From Phoronis australis (Eukaryota; Animalia; Phoronida): a DNA stretch of 64,000 nucleotides. Each line of letters starts with the position of its first letter. Position 1 is the stretch's first letter. Below, piece after piece: positions 51,341 through 62,500 of the stretch. The stretch spans positions 235,555 through 299,554 of the forward strand of contig NMRA01000019.1 of assembly GCA_002633005.1 (NCBI GenBank), read 5' to 3'. Both the position numbers and the translations under genes were made by a program. Under the pieces are notes generated by a model. That model did not search any database. It saw nothing but the letters and a program-made list of their open reading frames with translations, and was not told where the DNA came from.

Positions 51341-53417
51341 GTTCGTGGGATTTCAGCTGGCGACTTTCCCCAAATAATGATAATGAAAAATCTCGTTCAA
51401 AAGAACTACTTGTATACATTCTAGATACTAGACAAGCAGGCTTAGGCCTACATCAGTCACCTGAGAGGGTGTTTGGGCCAGGTGTGATGTGTAAAAAGAT
51501 GCAACGTCAAAGTGAATCATACATAATATAAATAACAATCAAGAAACCAGTAAAAACTGGAAACATCAGCTTAAGCAGTAAGAGATTATATTGGTTCCTA
51601 GCATCAGCCAAGTTAGCATATCTTGCGGGCGGCAGCGCAGCGCCGGGCACCGACTTGTTACCTTACTACCGATCAAGGCCGATAGATGGCACACGTGTAC
51701 TGCGCGGTCCTGGTTTGTGGTTGTGACTGTATCTATATTGTAGGTAGGACGGGTCTAGTCAATAGCTGTGCAAGTCAACTGAATGGAAAATCATGCATGG
51801 TTCTGGGCCGTGTTTAATGATTTGAGAATATGATATAGCAATGTGGCAGTTTTTAGTTGTGAGTCCTACAAAACGGATGACTTTGAGCTTACCTTAGATA
51901 CGCTTGTGTACCTTATAGTCGTTAAAAGTGATGCGAACCGACGCTTTGTTTTATTTTTAACACTCAGTGACTCGTAGGCCGGGTGAGGCGCAGGCAATGA
52001 CCTACATGTATTAGGCTATATTCTCTCAGTGGCTGGACTAAATTATTTTTAGTCAGGTTCTATTTTATGGACTTCCTCCTTGAGTCACCGTGACGGTGGT
52101 CTTAGTTAAAATTAGCCTGCAGACAAAATTCTTTAGTCACGAACGATGTTAAAACATCTTATTTCACCTCGTAACAACCTCCGAAACACCAGTAATGAGT
52201 ACTTAATACAACACTTTCGAAAGGGCCCCGACCGCTCAATGCAGACACATTTTACTTCATAAGCCACTTACTCAGATACCCGGTCAAAGTTCACTCCAAA
52301 GTTGCAGTCGAAAAAAGCATAATGACATTTATCTTTGGCCAGTATGCCCTATCCGTCTGTGGGACACCAAAAAAAAAAAAAAACTCGCAATGGTCATGCG
52401 ACCAATTCTGTTAATAACAAGGTTTCGTTTTTCCAGTTTCCCGGCCCGACTCGTAAATTGTCTCTTTGTCGCCGAACTATATATATTTGACCGGTCTCGC
52501 GAAATGTCGATTTCTAGTTATTGACAGTAGTTTATGAACCCGGCCCTCGGACTGACCGACTCGCGGGCGCAACTCAGAAGGTACACTGCGGTTAATTTAT
52601 GGACGAGTCGGTTTCACCACCTGGTGCCTGTGAATTCAGGCGTGTTTCCGTGATGTGTGCCTCCTCCGTCGGCCGGAGTGCAGGTGCGTCAATCGCGTCG
52701 TTGATGAAAACACTGAGGCACTACTCAGTGAGAATTCTATGGAGGGAGGTTTCACATGGACATTTCACATAAGCGGAGGAAGTACAGTCATAAAAAATAA
52801 GCATAAACCATGAAGTTGGCGGGAAAATCTAAATACATTCTACAAATTTGCACAAAAATTTTAGATCGGGTACTTAGGCCTAGCCTTTATACCTATAGTG
52901 ACATCAAAGACGCTCTCTACGGTCTCTGGTGACATTACATATAGGCCGGCGTGCCATTGTACAAGTAACAAAGGTTACATTTTGTCCACGAGAGGGCGAA
53001 ATACATAGTTTGTGCTCTTTAGTGGAAAAAGTACGTTAATCCGAACGTATTTTGCTTGTAAACTAAACCATGTAAGGCTGAAACTTGCTTTTTTGAACTT
53101 TCAAATCTGTCTCGGTAAATTATTGATGCGGACTGTTTGTGTAATTGATTCCTATGTGGTACCATGACGCTGAATGGGAAAAGTATACCTGATTTGCAAT
53201 ACAAAACAGACATTCATTCAGATTATACGCCGTGGCCGTCAGCTGGCCAGCCTGTCACTGTCACTGTCACTGTCAGTGTCAGTGACTGAGTCGAGAAGAC
53301 TTCTTCCTTTGTCAATTTGATATCATAGCGTCAGGCAGATCAACTACAAGACAAGAGGAGCAAAGATATTTCTGTCTGAAAATGCAAACTGGTGCTGCTG
53401 TAAGTCCGTGTGAATGA

Positions 53418-53513
53418 ATGTCTGTAACCTGTGTAACCATGGGCATGGAAGAGGAATTTGACAGGAGTCTTGTAGACTTTTCTGTAGTCATGCTGTGTGG
53501 AACAACATTTAGT
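53418..53513 (+). CDS. PNKP-like exon 1 (to GTTFS of Walker A)
   Basis: First in-frame ATG at 53418 follows a TGA; a stronger Kozak context ACCATGG is at 53439; GTAAGT donor. Confidence 0.78.
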
Positions 53514-56500
53514 GTAAGTAGCATTCAATGGAAATTATTTCCTGACTCAATTATTGTGTTCTGCTCGTTACGTCGTGAAAGTTGTATCAACATTTAGAGC
53601 GAACAGCCAGCGGTGATGCATGCAAAATATGGGAGTCAACCGACACTCACCTTGTTCGTTGCTGCTGTTTAATTGAAAGACAAGGTAATAAAATCATTTT
53701 CTCGAATAATGCTCCACATTTTTGTAACAAAGAAAAGATTATATTCATCATTTTAAAAACAGTACACTCATGTCACGCGCATTTCCTAATTTTTTGCACC
53801 AAGGCCATTATGAGGAGAGCTCAAGCTGAGCGATTTGGGAATATTCATGAATATTCATGACGAGGTTTGAACCTTTGCCCTTTGGGGGCACCTGATGATA
53901 AAAAGTGTGCTTTTTTTCTAAAAGTTGTGCCCAGCAGACTTAGTATAATTAAAGTGGTAACATATGAAACAGAAACCCCAATTAGGGCAATCGAAATAAG
54001 AACAGAGTCATGTTTTACCCAAGTGGCTGTAAGTTGACTAGAGCGTTACATTTTTGAAAGAGTGTTGTGGTTTTAAAAGATGCGCCCTGGGGGTGCAGTG
54101 CTGCAATGTACTGGTGCCTTTTTTATGTGCTGATGGCACAAAGGCACAGTCCAGGAATATCCTTGCAATTGTTAATAGTTGATGATTCATCGTCATAACT
54201 CACTGATTCAGGTCCAATCCCCAGTTTGAGAATTTATTTGACCCATCAACCACTCCATATAAAGTGCGTTTAAGATACTCGAAGTTTGGACAAATGCATG
54301 CAAGGCAACTTCTCTGTTGTGTTTTAGGGCAAGACTGCCATCTACAGAAAGCATTTCTCTGCCACTCATGAGCGCTTTTCAGCCACTGAACTGTTCAGTA
54401 AAATGCCCGAGTGTGGCCTCCATTATGCTGCTGGGTGTGTCGTTCAGTTGTTACAAAAGGCAAGTTCAAGGTCATGTGGAACCTTATTGATGAAACTGTG
54501 CGTTTAGCCAAATATCTACAAACCCTGGAAATGTAAATTCTGTGAAACTCGCATAAGAGAGATTTATCCAAATGAGGCAAAATTTGACTCTTTTGAAAGA
54601 TTGAGTACAGAGACTGGAACAACCAAACTGCGGAACTTACTTTAAGCAAAAATCTGACTTATGCCTGTCTGAATTCTGCAAATTTCGATGTTCATTCTGA
54701 AGGTAAAAATCCTATTGAATTTGATTTTTTAAATTTGTACTAATCTACCATTATTTCTTAACAAGACCATGCTTTAAAGGCACTTTCGTTTTTTTTTCAA
54801 TAAGTGATAGCTACTCGTGCCAAAGCAAAATATTCGTTTAAAAGTTCCTCACTGTTACGGAGAACAGAGCTTCATTTGAATTCGATTTGCCGTTTCTCAG
54901 ATCAGAATTAAATCCTTCAAAGATTGGTTATGAATTTAACAAAAAGCATTTCAGTTTACATTTGGAGTCTCAGTAATAGTCACTCAGAGGGGTCCATTAG
55001 TAACTTACAGGGGTCTATTAGTAACTTACAGGGGTCTTGCATTGTGAAAACCAATTTTCTCCACTGAATAACCGGCATCAAACTGGTTGTCATAATGCGT
55101 GACCCTGTGTCTTTTGCCAAACTCTCTCCCCATTCTTTTATCTGCACGCCATTGTCCCCAAAGTAAATTCTAGAGTTTGTGAAATTCACAAGAATCATCA
55201 TTTGTATTTCTATGACTTTTCATTGGGAATGGCAAGGTTTTACTTCCAGAATAAAAAGGTTGTCATCGACGATGATAATCTAAGTCGCCAAGTGCGTGAA
55301 GGTTACATCTTACAGATACAAAGTAAAGTGAGTATTTAGGTAAACCATTAAGCCCTGTCTACACCTGTAATAGTTCTGTAGCATTTCTGCAAAAAAACAC
55401 GCAACATGTTTTGGCCTGTCCAAACTTTTTCACAACTTCTAAGAACGTGTATTCAAATGTAACAGAAATAATGCAAGAAATTTGGAATCAGAAATAGTGA
55501 ATGAAAAATGGACTGCAGGCACAGAAACCTCTGCATTGTTATTGGTGCAGGTGTTATAGTAGGAGCATTAATTAATTGAAAGAGAAAAAGAGGGAAAAAT
55601 TCAGTAACCTCTTCTTTGTGAGTCTGTCTTAAGTTTGTACTCTTTTGTTGTTGTGTACAAGCTGGGACATTGCTCCCACATACAGTACCTGTGAGCTGTT
55701 CTGATGTTTTTTGTCCAATTGAAAATCTGACAGCTCTATGGGGGCTACCATTCCACATTTGTCTCAACGGTCACATGACACAAAGTTTACTTCTGATAGG
55801 TCCAATCCTAAAATATGTTTCAGGATGTTTCCAAAATATTGCTGCATATCACGCCACACAAAAGCATGCTGCAACAAGTTCATTTTCTAGTACTGGTGTC
55901 TTTACAACTGTTTCATAAAAGTTGCCCTGTGTAGACAGGCGTTTTTGACTTTGTTGAAACTTTCAAGTTAAACGAAGAAAATAATCAATGACCATCTAAA
56001 TACTGTTATCTCTTGTCTAGCTAGAATTTTTAAATTGTCTGTATACCCGGTTTTCGTTACATTTTTGTTTAGATCACAAACCGTTACGAAGTTGATTCAA
56101 AATTGTTTATTAGAGATTTTTGGTTTTACAAAACACTCACAGTTCATCACTGATTCATCAAGCATGTCATCAGGAATTAATATAAGACACTGTCAGTGTT
56201 TTGCAAGTCCAAAAATGACTTCTCTTCAGAGTAAAAAACAAGTTGAGAACAATTTATAGTTGTTATGGTCTAATAAAAGCAAGATTTAGTTTCTACGACA
56301 GATTGGGTTTATTGCCTCTTTAAACTTTTTGATTTTAAAACCATGGTTATATATAGTTTTTGTCACTTATTATCAAATGCAAAGTGTCGAAAAGGTCGTA
56401 TATTTATTCTTTGTCAAATATTTTTATTTTGAAATTACCCAATTGCTATTGATACATTCATGTAGGTTCCTCACATCCAGATAGCCTGCTTAAAGGTCAC

Positions 56501-59500
56501 GCCCCATTTGGGCGAGTCACAGATTCATTGGTCAGCACAGACCAGATTAGCTGAGAAGGTTCTTCGAGGCGAAGACAAAGCAACCACTGTTCACAGGAAG
56601 TGGTGGAATGCATCATTTGGTAATTCAGCCATGTTACGTGAACAGAACCCTCCCCTAGTTAACAATAAGAATTCACATATCTGTAGACACTTGGAAAATA
56701 ATGCTGCTTATAGAGAGACAGCTGGGCAACACAGCGTTACGATTATTGACAATGATACTAATCGTGTATGTTTTACCACCGAAACATGTCCCTACATTTT
56801 ATAAAAATTGTTGTCGTTATTCAAACTTTTCTCGTGTTCGTCAGTGCGAGACCTTTTGATACTAATCGCTATTGCTTGAAACTGCATGAAGCCATTCACA
56901 TTCAATACGCCCCTATGTTGAAAATATTCCATAAATACATTCAGTCGTGAGCAATATGTAGTTAGTGTCCATTCCTGTTACAAGCTATTAGTTGTTGCTT
57001 AGTGTAATGAATGTTCTGAATGGTTACTGACAGTTCACTTTTTCAAAATTTCGTTGCAGAATGTTCGCTAGCGAAAGTTTCATTACGTCAAAGGGCCACT
57101 CACCAAAGACCCACTGTAATTCATAGTATATGTATTTTTGGTTAGGAGTAAAGAGGATTTGAGTGAAGTTTTAAAATAGTTCATCCAATTAGTTGTTATT
57201 GTATTGGAGGCTAGAGTGCATGTGCTACTGAACAATTGTTAGAAGTATGAACGCCTCAAACACAGTGTGTGGAAAACATTGTGTTATACAGTACTTGTGT
57301 ACACAGTGGAGGAGAAAGCCCTACGATAAAGTCACGCGATTTTCAGATGGCCCGCCATTTTGGGACATGAATAAATATTTCCGAAATAAATTTTTCATAG
57401 TCCACGAAATTCGTACAAGGTCCAAAAACTGTTTTTCAATGATCCTCGAATTTCGGTATAATATTTTGACTCACTTTCTTGGTGTATGTCTGAGGGTATA
57501 AGTTTCAGAAGTATGTTTGTCTGGTGAAGCCAATTTGTCTTCTCATTCTGTAGAGGAGCCTGATTCTGGTGATGGATTTGACAAAGTGTCTTCAGTTACC
57601 ACCAGTTTGGAGTATTCGACACCTTATAAGGTATTTTGGAAAATTTTTCCTGTTTTCAATGCTTTTAAATACTCATATCAGTGCTCGGTGCTTAGCTTAA
57701 TGCCAACTTGCCAAATTTGTCTTCCCGAAAATCCCAGGTCCCCAAATGAAATCTAAGGTTGCCAAAACTGACGTTGGAAGTCACCGACCAAAGAAAAGCT
57801 GTGCCGTTCTCAGCGTTATAAACAAATTACACAAATTAAATCTTCTTCCATATCAAGTTTTCAAGTTGTCTTCCATACTTAGGACGTATGCACCGTTCAA
57901 ACTCCTGCCAATGGAGAATGTGGACGATTGAATACATTGGAGGCACGTGTTTCATGGTCCGACCTTGCCTGATTTTTGTTTCCGTCTATTTACTTCCTAT
58001 TGTAATTTAAGCGCATTCGATTTGTGCTTATATCTGAGGGTAGCAGATTCCCCTATTTTCATGAAATAAATGGAACAATTGTGAACCACTGCTTATGTTA
58101 GCTTAGATTGGTTTGAAACACTTGTTTTGTGACTAAAATCGCTGAGTATCATTTTACATTTGGTTGTCTTGCACCATGCATTTCATATTTGCTAATGTTT
58201 TAAGTCACTGGTTTAGAGTCAGGAGGCTAGTATTTTCTGATTGTCTGCCAGCTCCTTAGGAAGGAAGGCTGTTATAGAGAAATTCTTATAAGCATCTTGG
58301 TAACATAGGATCGAGCTGTGTTGAATTAAAAGTGCTTGTGCCCTGCTGTAATGGAATGAACTCTTCATAATGAATTTTTTATACTGAATGAAACCCACAT
58401 GTGTTTTCTCCCTGTACACATTTGGAAAGATTTTGTAAGAATGATCCCCTGACTTGTTTTTCCTTTCCACAGTCTGAGTTGTGAACCAGCCAACTTTACC
58501 CACAACGCTGCATGAACTATGAAATTGAAATTTTAATTCAGGGCCTAAGAATGTTTACTGTGTGAGGTGTGCAGTTTGGCAAAGCTGTTAATTAATCGGC
58601 GCGGAAAGTGGTTACATCACCCCTAGCAACTATTCCAAATATTGGAGACGAACAATACAGTGGTAGCCTGTTCACTGGCACACATTTGTTCAAACTGACA
58701 AAATTCAACAAAGCTAAGTTATTAAAATCTGAAGCTCATGCCACATCCTCTGTTAAACCATGTAACTTAGCATATTGACTTTTTTAACAATGAATAACTG
58801 GTGATTTTCCTGTTATAACATTTGCCCCAATGTAATTTCCTGCAGAGGTGTGGCAAGATGGTGTAATCAGGACTGCCTCAAGACAGTGGCACTTTCCCCC
58901 CTATTGCTGGGACCTTTTCAAATGCGCGTTCGTTAGTATACTGTCCTTTGTCCTCTGTGTTTGCTGCTAAGTTTTGGCGTAAATCAATAATTTGCTGTGA
59001 TTAGTGTCAAAAAGAGTATTTAATCACCAAAAAATCGATCAAGATGCCTTTAACATGTTTCTTGTGTACAACTGTCTCTTGTACAGTTTGAGGTGCCGTG
59101 TCTGTTTATGGAGTTTGCTGCCCTGCTTAATGAGGAAGGTCATCTGGCTACTGGTATTGTGGAGGCTCTCAGAACGTGGACCACTACATACCCCTATGGA
59201 AGGTTGTGTGTCATGCAGAAAGGTCAGTTTTGATGTAACTTGGAAAAGTGTGTGAGCATTACTAGTTGCTGACAAAGCTTTGTGAAGCAAGGAGTAGTTT
59301 TAGTAATTAAAAATTTACTGTCAAGGAGAGCAAATAGTGTCATAATTGTGTACTTCGTGTCAAATTTTGTTTTTAATTTTTAACATTAAAATGATTTGTT
59401 CGAAAAGATAGCTTGTCACACAAATAACACATCCAAAGATGCATGGATTAATCAAGCTTTTGTGGAAGTTATGGTGAAAATTTATTGTGAAGTGTTCACA

Positions 59501-62500
59501 AACAGCTTGCTCCTCTAAAACATAACTTTAAGTATATTTTGTTCCTCTAAAACATAGTATACTTTGTTCCTCTAAAACATAACTTTAAGTATATTTTGTT
59601 CCTCTAAAACATAGTATACTTTGTTCCTCTAAAACATAACTTTAAGTATATTTATTTCTCTAAAACATAACTTTATGTGTACTTTGTTCTTCTAAAACAT
59701 TAAGTGTATTTGATTTGTAACACCAAGTTCAGACTGTTGTGGATCACATTCATTAGGGGCTGTTTACTAGTGTGCTTGGTTGCTGGCTAAATCGTGAAAC
59801 CCAAGATAAACCTTTTCTCTCACTTATCTATCTAGTGAATTGTCTTGCGTGTTCTCGTTGAACTCTCAAGGTAGAAGCCGTCTTTAACGCGCTAATGGTC
59901 TGTTTTTCAGTTGATGATGGTCTCAGTGAGGACCAGGTGGTGGCGCTTGTGAACCGTCTATCGACCCAAGTCCCTTCTACCCCGTTCTATCTTCTGCTGT
60001 CTAATCACGACAGGTGTCGTACGAACATAGACCCATTAATGGCCGACATGATGCTTCTGCACAGACTCCACTTGTGTGACTTTCAGCATAAAGTGAGTAG
60101 AATAAAGATTTTTGTTTTCTAGCAGTCACATTTCAACATTGTTGTTAAAAAGTGTTATTATTATTTAGGTATGAGCAGACTTGTTTAAACATTCTCATTG
60201 AAAACTATTGCGTGCAAGCATTCATGTTTCAATGTTCTCATTAAATACAAACAAAAAGAAAACAAAAAAAATGACCCATTATTCCGCGTCATGATGGCTG
60301 GGCGCAATTGGGATTTCATGCAATAGAGGTTGCATAAAAATTGAATTGAGTGTCATAGTAGTCATCTGTCAAGACGGCTCATTTAACAGAAAGCTAACAA
60401 TAAAAATGTAAAAGCTCTTCGCTCTTCCTATAGTTTGGACGTAATCATGAACAAACTTGATATTTTTAAACTGATGCACCGCACGATAAACATAGATGAC
60501 CATTACACTATAACTCGATCATCTGTTGCAAAATAACTACACGTGAATTAATCGTTTAGTAAGAGTGGTCGTGCTTGCAAAATGCACAACCACATTAAAG
60601 TGTTCGTGAGGACAATCCAGACCTCTACAGACATGTGTTGATCCTACGCATGTCCTTTTTGAATTGGTTGCCAGGATTGTGCGAGATTGTTCGAGATAAT
60701 GATTTTGCGATGACAGAGTTGTAGATTCAGGCATTGTTTATATACTGTGGTTGAACATTTGCTAAGAGCTGTCTACAAACACAAAACTTTAAGTGATCGA
60801 AAGGTATTGCAGTAAAATGTTCACGGCTGTCACTGCGGCATCAAAAATCTTTAGTACTATGGCAATACACAGTTATGAATGATGATTATAATCATATTGT
60901 TTACATCATGTCGCTAATTGCGCTGTACACGTGAACATTGGAAATTAGGTCAACGTTCTTGGTTAGTCTTTCACAATGTGCGGACCATTGTGTGTTAAGA
61001 GATTACGGCTGTTATGATGCATCATTTCAGCGAAATTAAGTGGAAAAAATTTACAAGTGGAATTGACTGTCATGACAAGGAAACAATAGTCTGGTCAGCA
61101 CACCATCTGTTGGCCACGTCATGTGACTTAATGAATTTAAGTCTATGGCAGAAATCTTAACGTATTCGTTAGGTCGCGTGATGTGGCCAACAGCTGCCGT
61201 GCTGACCAGACTTAAAAATGTTTGCAATACGGTTTGTGTTGACTTATTATACTTTGCTGTACTCTTTGTATTGGTTAAGACTTCACCTAGTGTCAGTGGA
61301 GACTTAGCGGAAATTCCGTCAGGAACTTGACAACGGCACCTCCTCATAACGTGGAGTTGACCTCATGACCCCACAGATCTGAATGTTTGTTTAACCACAA
61401 AAGCCACTGACCACTTTTTGTGACCATTTGGTGAACTGAAAATTCTGTTAAGCTTCATAATTCGATCTGTTCTTATCTAGCGGTAAACATGCTTATGCTT
61501 TCGTTTTTTTCAGGGTTCGCTGTATTGTGGTACACTTACAGACAGTAATCATGTTCTGAAGTCCTGTGCATTAAAATGTCTCAAAGCAAAATTGTTGCTC
61601 AAGGATCCCACTGTGGTAAGATTTCGTCATCCAAACTGATTTTCCTTGATTTGAAACTTTGCTCTCAACATACAGACAGTATGTTGCCTGGACTGTGTAG
61701 AATAGACCCACAACTCTTGCAAAACATTTGCTGCTCGAGATCTTTGCTTATGGAAGGAAAACAGTGAATCCTATCCCATAAGTCAACATTGCAACCTAAC
61801 CATCTATTCACTTCTTCTGTGGCCACCATTTTGCAAGGGTACGCTACTAAGCTCCCAATTATACTCACGAAGCACTTGCCTTTCATTTGCGTGATTTTGC
61901 GTTGTCTTACTTTTTCACAAGGCTCTCGGCTCTGCACAATGCAGTCCTGGTAATAGCACCCCTTTGAGCCTGATTAAATGTACTTTTGCCCTTTTTCTTC
62001 GAAAATGGAATGCTCCCATCCACTCTTCTTAGTCAGCATTCTGTCCCCCTTTTGACTAGAAGTGCTTGGACAGGGAAAGGGCACAGGCAGATTTTTAGAT
62101 CAAATTAGTGCATCTTTACCTCAAAACCTGCTGGAGTATTAACAAAAGGTACATGGATATGGTTTAACAAGATGGCTGCTTGATATGGATTTTCTGCTCC
62201 AACTTCTATTGTGATAGAAGCTATGTAATCTCTGCTTTAACCTTGGTGCATTTCTCGTCGTGTCCACCATGACATTTCAATAAGTCTTGGACGCAAGTGA
62301 ATGGTAAACATGAAGAATGTGCTTTAGAAAGTGCAATCTGCCAGACGGTAAGTCTGTTGGCCATTTATGGACATTCATACACCTTGCTGATTCACCCAAG
62401 TGAATCTGCCTATCATTTATTTTACAAATATTTTGCACAATCTGTGATTTCACTTAGTTTATTTTATGATTACTGTACTTTCAGATCACCAGCATTGGTC

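Noticed and set aside
53252-53286. (CTGTCA)n / CAGTGT short palindromic microsatellite upstream of the PNKP-like ATG
   Set aside because: Simple repeat; a function cannot be supported from sequence alone
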